A stretch of 63,061 bases of DNA, the filler included, from Klebsormidium nitens (lineage: Eukaryota > Plantae > Klebsormidiophyceae): NCBI GenBank assembly GCA_000708835.1. It is 9 parts of 9 records of this genome, joined end to end, with 100 filler letters (N's around TTAATTAATTAA, not from the genome) between each part and the next. Parts side by side here need not be neighbours in the genome. Positions count along the whole stretch, not along the records: positions 46,036 to 53,961 come from DF238267.1; positions 54,062 to 57,482 come from DF238582.1; positions 57,583 to 60,229 come from DF238656.1; 6 more parts are not named here. The stretch is one strand, 5' to 3'. The position numbers were made by a program, and so were the translations under genes. Under the pieces are notes generated by a model. That model ran no database searches. It saw only the letters and a program-made list of their open reading frames with translations, and was not told the DNA's origin. This document shows positions 49,001 to 60,329 of the stretch, piece after piece; the stretch's first letter is position 1, and the number at the start of each line of letters is the position of its first letter.

Positions 49001-52000
49001 GGCACACTTGCCTTTGAAGGCGCTCAAGAAGAAAAAGAAAACTTGGCAAAAGGCTGAAGTTCCTGTTCCGTTTTTATCCTGCTTCTAACATCTTCGGCGA
49101 ACATAGGCGCGGCCAAAGCAAGGCATGCTGTGTCGAGCAATTCCAAGCGCCCAGACTCCGAACGGCCAGAACTTCAGCAAACAGGAAGATGCATTGCGTC
49201 AAAAGCTGTCGTCACTGATCAGAGCGCGATCAGTTCAGTGCCTACCGCTGCCCTTCTTGTGTTGATGACGAGCTTCCCAGGCACGTTTGCGAGGCGGAAG
49301 AAGTCGTGCTCCCGCTGCCCGTATCCATCATCCATGGCCAACACGCGCTTCGCCCGCTGCACAATCTCCAGGAACAGCTCACTGGTCTCCATCCCGTTCC
49401 TCACAGTCGCCGCGGAGAGGTGCGCCAGGATGCTCGCCACCTCGTCGAGGATCACGAGATCGAACGGGGCCACTTCACCAATGCTGCCCCGCCGGAGGTT
49501 AAGGAGACTGTCCACCTGAACCACGATTTCGGGAAAGTCCTTCCGAGACTGCAGGGCCGTTAGGAGGTTGTGCTTGTTGTCCGGATCCGGGAACCACACG
49601 TTCTTGTGATCGTAGTCCGCCTTCAGGTCGAGGTAATTTGCGGTGCGGGGAAAGCGCGCTTTGAGGTCTTGAGCCTGGGCCACTCGGTACGTGATCATGA
49701 TCGACGTGTGGGCGCGGCCGCTCGCTTGCCAGAGCTCGTCCCCGACCGCCCCGCAGAACACCGTCTTGCCAGTGTTCACGCCCGACCGGATGCCGAGCAG
49801 GGGGGATCTGCCCTCGATCCACCTGCGCGTGTCGACCACAGAGTTGTCAACACGACCTGACACACTCTAAGGCGAGAATTAGGCCAACGTTCTCAACAAA
49901 GGTCGGCTGTGCAGTGACCCCTTGTATCGTACGGATTGAATTCACCTGCAAGCAACTCCGAATGGTAGGTAAGCGCTTGGAACTTTGTGTATACGGCCTG
50001 AGATCAAAAGCTTGCAGCCCTGCGCTGGTCTCAGAACAGACACGTGCCCATTAAATAATGGTCGTAAATGCCTTGAAAGGAGGACACTTGATATTAGGAC
50101 AATCGTCAGGTTTTGCATGCAGGCCTTGTGGCAAAGAAAGAAACCCCGGTGGGAGAAAGGAACCCTGGCAGTAGGTGGGCGCCAAGGAGCGCCCGCTGAT
50201 ACAGCACGCAATCTTAAAAATAGACACACGGTACAAGAAAAGCTCCTTGTAAAGGTGAGCGTCCCGGAAGCACAGCAAGTCTCGCAACAAGCCCCACGTT
50301 GTCCCCAATTTTCGCCCCGTGGGTTTGCTGCCAAAACAAGAGCTTGCCAACCTAGCAGATTCTGAGAGCTTGTCACATCACAATGCGCACGCACCTACTC
50401 ATTTGGTGGTATTACTTACTCGTTGGCGACGGTGTTTAGCTTCATCAGATCGTCCGGCATCCTCCGCCCCGCTGCTACTTCGGCCACGAGCTCAGGGGTC
50501 GACGCACCAGGGACACGCGTAAGGTGCTCCATGTCTACCTTGACGGCGTCCGTCTCGTACGAGATGTTGTCCTCGAACAGGTCCCCCAGGCAGTACGCCC
50601 TCTTGACACAGGGGACGTCCGAGTCCCCACCCTCGGTGTTTTGGCTGAAACACAGAGCATAGATCTTGCCGTTTGAATTGAGGTGACATGTTAAATTCTG
50701 ACGGTTCTCGTGGATCCGACCCGTGTAGCACGGCTCTGTGCGATCGCTGTAATTATAGCGATCTGGGCCCTCCTCGTAAGCGCTAGGGTGCAAGCGCTCC
50801 CTGAGCAGCGCTAGCATGCGGGCCTTGACGAACTCCTCGTTCTTCGAGCTGCGCTCCGTGCCCCGTTCAGACATCACTCGGGGGTTTTGGAACCTCTCGT
50901 GGAGCCTTTCGGGCACTTCGAATGGCAGCTTGACCTCCTCACGGGACTGCAAACATCACGAGGGCAGCTGGTTACGAGGGCATTCGTGCCAAATCATCTA
51001 CGTCGCCTTGTCAAAATGAGAAGAGGGAGCAGGGAAGGAGGCCAAAACACTTTGTGTTTGGCAATCATCTGGCTTGAGAAACTTGCACCAATAGTTACGT
51101 GAGAAGGACATATTGCAGCAAAAGCCCAGCGCCTTGAAATGCACCGATTCTACCAAGCATCAACGCTGATGAGGCGATCAGAAGCAATGAGTGCCCCACA
51201 AGCAGGGTCCTTTTTCGAAGAACCTATAGGCCGCGCTTCAAGGAATCACGTCAGGCTTGCCGCAAAAATAGCAGCACTTGTGTACCAAGAAACGACGTAT
51301 TACTTCTTGAAGATCCTAAAGAGCCTTTTCTGGTACATCATGCGGGTATGGCCGGGCAGCCCATCAAGCACAAAACCAGCAGTGTGTACCAAGAAACGGC
51401 GTATTACTTCTTGAAGAATCTAAAGGGCCTTTTTTGATACATCTTGCGGGTATGGCCGGGCAGCCCATCAAGCGCACAATCGGCCCCTGTACCATGAAAG
51501 GCTGTATAACTCTTTAGATTTAAGTAGACAGCCGTTTTCTCGTACACCCTTCACAACGTGATCGACCTGGCGGGTGTGGGGCCTAGATGAGCTCCTCACC
51601 TCGAGGGGCTTGAGCCAGGTCACCAGAGCATCCTTCCAGGAATGGGCCGGATCGATGCACGACAAGACGCTCTCCGGCTTCTCGATCTTGGCGCTCCCCG
51701 GGGTCCGCCACTCGCGGTCCTTCGTGTACACGTTCAGGTCTATGAGAGCCGCGACTGCGAGATCCCAAAGGAGCAGCCTCTTCTTGAGGCGCCTTGCAAA
51801 GTGGAGAGCCCCTTCGGTGTTGGAGCCGAAGACGAGCTGACGGGGGGACAGCTGGTTGATGGTGAGGTGGAGGCTGAACTTGCTTTGACCCGGGCTCTCA
51901 ATCCAGACGAAGCTGCTCCGCTGCAGCTCATGGTCGTACTGTTCCTTGAACACAATAGTGGCCCACTTCTCGATGATCCGGATGACCTCCTCCCCCGTGT

Positions 52001-53385
52001 ACCTCTCCCCACCCTCCACGACCTCCCCATCCGCCCCGGTCTCCGGCTGACGCTTGAAGGGGAGCCCGTCCTTGCCGTCGAGGTCGAGGTAGGGCTTGCA
52101 GGGCTTCCCGTTCTGGATGATCTCCGTCACCGACCCGTGCCGCCCCTCGAGATGCGATCGCGCCGTCTCCCACCCGGGGTACGAAGCGAAGCTGCGCCAA
52201 GGGACTCTCACCCCATCCCTGAACGTCCCGGACCACTTGTGCAGCACCACCTGCGCCTCGTGATTTAGGAGCGCCGCCTCCTGCTGCATGAAGAACTTTG
52301 GGCCGGGAAGGCGGCCCCTGGGGTTCGACCCGGCCTGATGGAAGCTGTTGGTGCCGTGCTCCCGCACACGCAGCACCCGAAACCCGTCCTTCTTGAAGAC
52401 CTCGTTGCCGATCAGCGGGTCGGAGTGCACCGCTGGCTCAGGCACCGCCACAAAATCCTCGTGCGCCATTGAGAACCTGCATGAGAAATGTAGGAAAGGT
52501 CAAAACACCGCAGCACAAGAGAGGCTGGCATACCTGCGTAACCTTTGGCCGTGCTCATGAAGAAGAAAAACGTCACTTCCTGAGGTCAGAACAGGCCGCA
52601 AGTTTTGTGGACATAGACCCATGTTGGTGGACAGGCTTGATGGGCTGTGATGCATCAGAAAAGCCTTGCTAACCATGCCTCCCGCTTCACAGATCTGAAG
52701 CACCACTACACATGATAGGCCGGCCGACCTTGCACTAAAGCATGCACCACGAAGCGGGCTCGCACTAGCAAAGAGAGAACGACAAGGCTTGGTCCCCCGT
52801 TCATGTCCTAGATTACTGGCTGATGTACACGTATCAGCAATCTACAAAGAGCAGTTGTGGCGACCAATCGTAGCTCGGGAGCTACCACTGCTATCATTCT
52901 GAAATGCTTATAGTTCCTGACTGTAACTTGATGTACACTCCGCGCCATCGTATTGATAGAAATTTTGACAGCGATTCGCCCAAGAAGCACATCAGGCAGT
53001 CCAAGAGAAGCCGGGGTGACAGGTCTGCAGCCCCCACCAGATTTGTAAACTTCACCACAATCTTTTATAGAAGAGCTACTCACACAGAGGTCTGTGGCGC
53101 TTCATCCCGGGCCCGCCTCCTCTGCATCTCCCTCCGCATGGGCGCCAGCGCATCGTCTGGGGTCTCGTCTGCCGCGACCCGAGCTGCCTCTTCCTCCATT
53201 TCCATCCGCCGGTACAGATCCAGTCTTTCAGCGTCCGGCTGCGTTGAGTCGTCGATGCCCCGGTCGTCCTCAGAAGTGGGCTCTTTGTCGGACTCGGTCT
53301 CGTCTGACGTTTCTTCAATGTTGACGGAGGCGGCCTCTTGGTCGGACGCCGCCGCAACCTCCTGCAGGATATTGGAATCAAACAT
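46078..53385 (-). CDS. Spliced AEP primase-Zn finger-UL9-like SF2 helicase (~1330 aa); exons 53385-53084, 52476-51600, 50946-50420, 49822-49246, 48794-48306, 47291-46078; 1-bp deletion near 47087
   Basis: AEP motifs KPYLDLD, SKFSLHL, IDLNVYTKDREWRTPGSAK. Zn finger PCYTGRIHENRQN...ALCFSQ..PC. SF2/UL9 motifs IRSGVNTGKT, ITYRVAQA, VVQVDSLLNL, LVILDEVASILAHL, YSPTVEAGVNFD, QATLRVRK. Exon lengths sum to 3986 nt, one base short of a codon multiple, matching the single frameshift. Confidence 0.88.
51280..51495. repeat. ~105-bp tandem duplication in an intron of the AEP-UL9 gene; a similar ~76-bp duplication lies at ~48140-48270
   Basis: CAAGAAACG(A/G)CGTATTACTTCTTGAAG...GCGGGTATGGCCGGGCAGCCCATCAAGC occurs twice. 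GCTTCTGCAGATTGAGCACGATCCAGAGT occurs twice. Confidence 0.85.
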
Positions 53386-53798
53386 TGAAGGATTCGGGTC
53401 TTCATTCTGACATGCTGGCCAGTGGTTGCTCATTGGTAACCAGAAAAAGCTAGCAAAGGCACATGCTTGCAGAAGGTGGTGAGCCCAGAATGCTAACCCA
53501 AGCATGAAGACGGAGCCTGTGCCTTTGTGTGCACAAACCAGCCCCAGGCATGCCCCTCGCCCTTCCACCGATCACGCCACACTTCTGCTTGAGAGCCACA
53601 GCACGCGATTGCTCACCGCTTCGTCCGGGCTCCCGGTCCGCATCCGAGTACCAGTGGGCGCTAGGGAGCTCTCCCTGCTCGATGCGGTCCTCTTCCGGCG
53701 TGTGACCTCCTGCATCCAAGCATCGGGGCACGCTCAATTCAGGGCAGGCGTCATCAGCACTTAGGGGGACGCCTCGGCGCTCAAAGGCCATCACAACC

Positions 53799-53961
53799 AT
53801 GTGCTTTGACACCAAGTTCACGGGCCATTTTGCTCTTTCCCGCCCTCTGACTGCCAAAGAAAGCGCGATTTTGAAGGCTGTGCACGACTACCGCCCTCAA
53901 GATGGCCTAGAGCTACCCCGTGCGGCTCCCGGTCAAGAGCGCCCGGTCAAGATCGTGCAGG
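53799..53961 (+). CDS. 5' end of a small uncharacterised protein, divergent from the AEP-UL9 gene, cut by the spacer
   Basis: MCFDTKFTGHFALSRPLTAKESAILKAVHDYR resembles my recollection of an uncharacterised phage/large-virus family N terminus (MGYxTxFxGxFxLxRPL). Not verified. Confidence 0.4.
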
Positions 53962-54061
53962 NNNNNNNNNNNNNNNNNNNNNNNNNNNNNNNNNNNNNNN
54001 NNNNNTTAATTAATTAANNNNNNNNNNNNNNNNNNNNNNNNNNNNNNNNNNNNNNNNNNNN

Positions 54062-57000
54062 CCCTGCGTGCCACGCGCTCCCGTGCAAAGTGATAAATCA
54101 GGTCAATGTGCTTTGACCGCTGCCAAGCGATCGGGTGCTTGGGGAGCCGAATCGCTCCTTGGTTGTCGCAGTAGATCTAGACCGTTCCGAGGTCCAACCC
54201 GAGATCTCACCCGAGTTTGCGAAACCACAACGCCTCCTTCACCGCTTGCGCTGTGCTCAAGTACTCCGCCTCTATTGTCGAGGCCGCCACCGTTGGCTGC
54301 AACCTGCTCGACCAGCTCAACGCCCCCCCCCATACATCAGGAAGACGTGTTGAGATTCGGGCATTTAGTGTGCGCGATCTCTTGAGTGACGTCGACGGGA
54401 GTTCGACGATAACCGGTAGTCAGCGGTTGGCGGTTAAATGCGCGTGGCTTACAACGGTACACCCGAATGGCCTATTGAGATAACCGCCTTAATGAGTAGG
54501 TTCGATAGTAGCCGTAGATATGCAGATTTGCGCGAGATCTTTGGACTTGCTTATCCGCGGAGCCTACTAGGCTATCAGTGTAGATCTAGACTAGAAGTGT
54601 AAAATCGCTTGAGTGAGTCTAGCATAGCACACAGACTGCAGAGCTTTAGCGCTGCTATACTCCGAACACTCGATACGTATTGTGTGAACTTGATCATTCG
54701 ATCATTTATTCCCAACAACGCCGTGTTTCAACAAGACGTATCCCGTCGTGGACCGTCTCGTGTCCACGTCTCCCGCGTAATCCGCGTCCCATTAACCAAC
54801 GAGAGTCTCATCGCTCTTCCCGAAGGTCACCCCGTCCTCTGCCGTTCCCGCCAGGTAGCGCACAACTCCAAGCGCCGCCCGCCAGTGTGCCTCCGTCGGC
54901 CCCGCCATGTAGCGCGCAAGCGCGCCCACCGCCTGTGCGATGTCGGGCCTCGTGCACACGCTCAGGTACAACAGGCTTCCCACACACTCGCTGTATGGGA
55001 ACCACTTCGTGTCGAGGGATTCAGCCTCCTTTGTTCACTTGTCTCCCATTCCAAGAGGAACGCTACGCGCCCGCGCGTCCGCCAGTCCGTAACGGCCAAC
55101 CAGCTCCCCCGTCAGCTTCTTCTACGTCAGCTTCAGGGTGCGCGCCTTTCTATTGCGCGTCAGCTCCATCCCGAGGAAGTACGTTGCCTCCCCCAGATCG
55201 TGCACGTCGAACTTCTCCAACAAGTGCGGCTTCACCTTCGCAATGCGCTCCGCTCCACGGGCCGCCACGAGGATGTCGTCCACCCACACAACGAGGTAGA
55301 CCCGCTTCCCGGCTACAATCCCCGTGAAAAGCGCTTCGTCCGCCATAAACGCCACGAAGTCGGAGTTCCCGAGCTCCTCCGTTCAGACGCATGTACCACG
55401 CACGCGGGGCCCGGCGCAACCCGTACAAGGTGTGCTTGAGGCGGCAGACCATACCTGGCCCACCTTCCTCATATACCTGCGGCTGCTGCATGTAGATCTC
55501 GCGACCACCGCCAACAGCGCATGCAACGTCGTGTGCTTGCTCACCGGGGCATAGACCTCGTCGAAGTCAATCCCCTGCTTCTGCTGGTAGCCCTTGGCCA
55601 TCAGCCGAGACTTGTACTCCTCCACGTTTCCGTGAGCGTCCCGCTTGATCTTGTAAACCCACTTCATGGAAAACGGCTTGACCCTTTCCGGATTTTCGAC
55701 GATCTTCCACGTCCCGTTCTCCAACAAGGAATGCGTCTCCTCGTCCATGGCCTTCCGCCAAAGGTTACTTTCTTCTCCCTGTACGGCTTCATGATAACTC
55801 TGCGCTTCTGTGCTCCCCTCAGGGGAGCACAGAAGTTGGCGCGGTACCACTCTCCCGGCCTGCGTCTCTCACGCGCTAGGTACCTCCGAGCAGCCGGTGT
55901 TGGCATTCCTATGTCCTCCGCAATCTCGTCCGGCTCTGCTCTTCTCTTCCGAAACTTGCCTATTTTGGTCGGTTTTGGACATCGTGCGTGCGACGCGGCC
56001 GCGGTCGATCGCAGGCAGTGCGCGTGTTCGGGCGCGGGGGCGGGCGCGGTGTCGCGCTCGCCGGCCGCCTCTGGGAAACCCTCCGTGGGATCGGAGCTCA
56101 GCTCAACAAACCTGTTGTCCCCCTCGCCCTCGTCAAAAATGATGTCTCGGGAGATCATGATTTTTCATGATTCTCTGTACGCCTTGGATTTCGGCTCGTA
56201 CCCCACGAACACACACCGCTCCCTCACCGGATTCAATTCCCGACGCCTCTGCTTGGAGACGTGCCTGTAGGCTCGCGCCCCAAACACCCGCATGTGCCCC
56301 ACGTTTGGGCTTCTTGCCGTAGAACGCCTCTATGGGGTCCTCCCGTGAGCGCTCATTGGGGTCCGATTCCGAGTGTATTTGGCCGTTACAACGGTCTCCG
56401 CCTACGTATCTTTGGGCAGCCCCGAATCCTCGAGCATCGCCCGGACCTTCTCCTCTATTGCCGATTGAGCCGCTCTGCCGACCCGTTCTGCTCGGCCGTG
56501 TAGAAGGCGGTCTTCTCGTGCACAGTTCCCTTGCCCCCGAACACGTCTCTGAGGGCTTTGTTGACGTACTCCTTCCCCCCGTTTGGCCCGACCGATTTAA
56601 GCTTCTTCCCGGATTGCGATTCCAACCGCTGAATCACGTGCTCGGTCACCTTGGCCACTTCGCTCTTCTGCTTCATGGGGACTACAACCGAGAGCTTGCT
56701 GTAGTCGTCCAAAAACGTGGCGAAGTACCGGCTTCCCCCTACCGAGGGGACCGGCATCGGCCCGCAGACGTCCATGTGGACCAGCTCGAGAGGCTCCATG
56801 CTCACCGACTCCGACTCTGAGAAGGGGAGCCGCGTTTGCTTTCCCATGATGCACGGCTCACACACCGAGAATTTAAGCGCCCTAAACGCCCCCGGTTTCA
56901 CGCCGACTACCTCAACGAGATTGTCTTGCACCATCTTCGCCAGGTTCTCATACCGTCGTGCCCCATCCGTCGGTGCCACAGCTCGGCCGATTCCGGCTTT

Positions 57001-57482
57001 CTCTCGAGGAAGCACGCGTCCTCCCCCGGCGTGGCGCCCCCCCGCTTCATTTCCGAAAGCGGCCCCATTTGAACCACTTTTGGAGATGGTGCGTTCTCCG
57101 CCCGGTCGACTACGTAGATCCCCTTCACTTCCCGAGCTACAAGGACTACCTTCTCGTCAACCTCGAACTCACAGTTGCCGTTCTCCTTGAACAACACTGA
57201 CGCGCTCTCGGTTGCCTTGCCGCAACCCCTGGATCGTACATCACGTTCTGCAGAGTTACCAGACAGTCTTCCGTTGGTGTCGCACACAGCAGCTCAACCG
57301 AGCCGCTCCCCCCTGCCCACAAGGTTCCCTTGTACCCAAACGAGAATTCTCGGCCACTCCCGTCAAAGATCTCGAGGGTCTCAAATAGGCTCATGTCCCC
57401 GGTTAGATGCTGGGAGCTACCCGAATCAACGAGCCACTCGTCCGCAGCTACCCCTTCAACCACGCTAAAGGCCACTCCTTTG
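54062..57482 (-). mobile_element. Decayed Ty1/copia pol (PR-gag_pre-INT-INT-RT-RNase H), interrupted by a solo LTR
   Basis: WLVDSGSSQH (PR), LWHRRMGH, VHMDVCGP/FLDDYS (INT), KWVYKIK/KSRLMAKGY/LYGLRRAPRAW/VWVDDIL (RT), DADYAGD...TTGYV|[35 protein letters not shown] (RNase H). Many frameshifts and stops. Confidence 0.96.
54348..54733 (-). mobile_element. Solo LTR, 386 bp, inserted in the copia RNase H region
   Basis: TGTTGA...TCAACA inverted termini with a perfect 5-bp TSD AGACG (54343-54347, 54734-54738). The RNase H frame resumes on the other side. Confidence 0.95.
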
Positions 57483-57588
57483 NNNNNNNNNNNNNNNNNN
57501 NNNNNNNNNNNNNNNNNNNNNNNNNNTTAATTAATTAANNNNNNNNNNNNNNNNNNNNNNNNNNNNNNNNNNNNNNNNNNNNGTTACA

Positions 57589-60229
57589 CTGCACCCCGTC
57601 CCGACCAGGCTGATCGCCGCGCTACCGCCTGAATTCTGCTTGTTGAAGCGGAGGTCGAGGCAGGGGAAGCGCGCGAAGGTAGCCTTGAGAGCGATTGGTC
57701 CGACGAAATTTTCGGCTTCGGCCTTCCGCAGGTGCGCAAGGCGACAGACTGCCCAGAGGTTGAAGCGAAACCGCTCCCTCGCCTTTCCCCTGAGGAACAA
57801 TGGCAGGCAGTCCTGCCACAATTGCAGGTGGCGGAGAACCTTAACCCGGAGCAACGGGCACAGCTCTTAGCGGTCCTCGCGCGACACCCCCATGCTTTCT
57901 CCAAAGATCCGTCGGATTTGGGGTTGGTTAAGGGGTATACGCACAGGATTGACACGGGAGAGATCAAGCCCATTCGGGAAGGTCCCCGCAATCAAAGCCC
58001 TTTTGAAAAGGACGAGATTGACCGGCAAATGAAGCCTATGGAAGACTACAATGTGGTTCGCAGGTCAAGCAGCCCTTACGCAGCGGCTATTGTGCTCGCG
58101 CGAAGAAAAGGGGGGAAGTGGCGCTTCTGCGTCGATTACAGGAAAATCAATCTGGCGACAGTTCCCAACCGATATCCCTTGCCGCGCATCGACTCAATCT
58201 TCGCAAAGTTGGGTCGCGCGACGTACTTCACCTCGCTGGACGCGCAGGCGGGATACTGGCAGATTCGGTTACACCCCGACGACATCCAGAAGACTGCTTT
58301 CCTCACGCACAGGGGGCTGTTCGAGTTTCTGCGCATGCCTTTTGGACTGACAGGAGCTCCGGGCACGTACCAGATGGTCATGGACCAAACTTTGCAGGAG
58401 GAGATCAGCGGGCCCAAACCCTGCGTAACGTAGTACCTGGCGTGACGACACCTTGCTTTACTCCGACAACTTTGCGGAGCATCTGGCTGCACTCGACACC
58501 ATCCTGACCAAGCTGGAGGCCATCGACCTCAAGCTGTGCCCAAGCAAGTGCCATTTTGGCACGAGCAAGACGGAGCACCTCGGTCATCTGATCCGCCATA
58601 ACCAACTCCTACCCACCCGAGAGAAGGTTCGCGCGATCCGCGATTGGTACAAACCAATCAATCCCACGGAGATCAAAAGCTTCCTGGGCATGTTGGGGTA
58701 TTACAGGATTTCCATTCCCCGATTCGCGCAGCTGGCAAAGCCGCTACACGATCTCACCAAGATCGGCGCGCCGTGGGAATGGGGGCCACATCAAATGGAG
58801 AGCTTCCGCTTGCTCAAGCAGGCTTTAAACGACGCGCAGGCACTCACCCGCCCCGACTTTGCGAAGCCGTTCATTCTCGATACCGACTACAGCAAACTCG
58901 GAATTGGCGCGACCCTCAGCCAACTTGACACAGAAGGTCGCGAGCGCCCGGTCGCGTTTGCCTCTTGCGCACTTCACGGTGCAGAAGCAAACTACTCTGT
59001 CACTGACGGAGAATTGCTGGCCATGGTTTGGGCAATCACTGACAAGTTCCGCTCTTACCTTTTTGGGGGGCCTACTTTCACGGTTCGGGTTGACCATAAC
59101 CCGCTCGTTTGGCTTCACCAACAAACCGGTCTTACTGGACGCTTGGCGCGCTGGCATTGCAAGCTGCTGGAGTTCAACTTTACGGTGGTCTACGGTGGTC
59201 TACGGTGGTCTTTACCCGGGAAGGCTTCACTCCAACGTGGACCCCCTTTCGCGCAACCCGGTTGCAACCCTGCCCTGGGAGCGCGAGGACGACCCCGATG
59301 ACCTTCCCAGTTACGCAGCACCCGATTCTGAATACCCACCCGCCCTCCCTCAAGTTTCTTTGTGTGAAGTCGCTCGGGACGTCGACTCTAGCAAGGGGAT
59401 GGAATACTCTCCTTGCACCCTGGCTGCAGACTCACAGATGGACGCGGAGGGCGGAGCTACGGGCTCCCCGGTCAAGATGACGTGGGAAGACAGCGGAAGT
59501 GATCAGGACTTGCGCTCGGTGGAAAGCAGCGCGGACGAGTTGGAGCGACTTTCTCTACTCCCACGCAAGCTGTTCTCGGAAGAAAGCGAGACTCTGGGAA
59601 TGGAGGAAGAGCTCACCTTTAGGGATTGGGCGGCGGAGGACAACCCAATGGTTCTTACCATCCTCGCAGGAGAAGTGATCGGGGAACCTACAGCGCAGAC
59701 GCAGGCACCAATCACGCCGCCCGCTGAGACCCTGATTGAGGAAGAGTCTACGCGACGTCCCTCCGGAGAAGAAGACGAAATGGTGGAGCAACTTACTCGC
59801 GACTTGGACAGACATCTGGGATGGGATGCACAACAAATCTTGGAAGCAGCCACGAGGGAAGGGGCTGCGGAGCTGGAAGAACCGGAAGGGTTCGACGCTG
59901 ACGTATTGCAGGTCTTGAAAAGGCGCAGGAACTTCGAGCGCAATGGGGGCCTCAACACGCCTTTGGCGGAGAGCACTCTGGTCGAGAGGGTGGCAATTAC
60001 CATCCTCACCAGCTGTCCTACGGCGGACCCGGAAGAAGTGCTAAAGGAAGCAAAGAAAGCTATCCTTAACATGCGGCAGGATTGCAGGGAGAACGTGATC
60101 GCAGCCGTGCGGGAGAATCTTCGAGCACGCTGCGAGAGCGAATCTAGCGAGGGGATTGCGGCAGACACTGACGCAATCAGTGCGGCACAGCTGGAAGCTT
60201 TCTCTCTGGAGGACCTTTCGCTGAAGCGG
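57589..60229 (+). mobile_element. Decayed Ty3/gypsy pol fragment (RT-RNase H plus long acidic spacer; no integrase before the gap)
   Basis: WRFCVDYRKIN, YPLPRID, SLDAQAGYWQI, RMPFGL, YL[GCGT]DD (4-bp insertion at 58440-58443), DTDYS..GIGATLSQ, NYSVTDGELLA, VDHNPL, RLARW. TACGGTGGTC is present three times at 59181-59210 and shifts the frame before PGRLHSNVDPLSR. Confidence 0.95.
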
Positions 60230-60329
60230 NNNNNNNNNNNNNNNNNNNNNNNNNNNNNNNNNNNNNNNNNNNNTTAATTAATTAANNNNNNNNNNNNNNN
60301 NNNNNNNNNNNNNNNNNNNNNNNNNNNNN

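Noticed and set aside
51642-52268. Long plus-strand ORFs antisense to the GC-rich genes (e.g. 51642-52268, 14761-15615, 59503-60168)
   Set aside because: Shadow ORFs expected opposite GC3-rich coding sequence. The conserved motifs are on the other strand.
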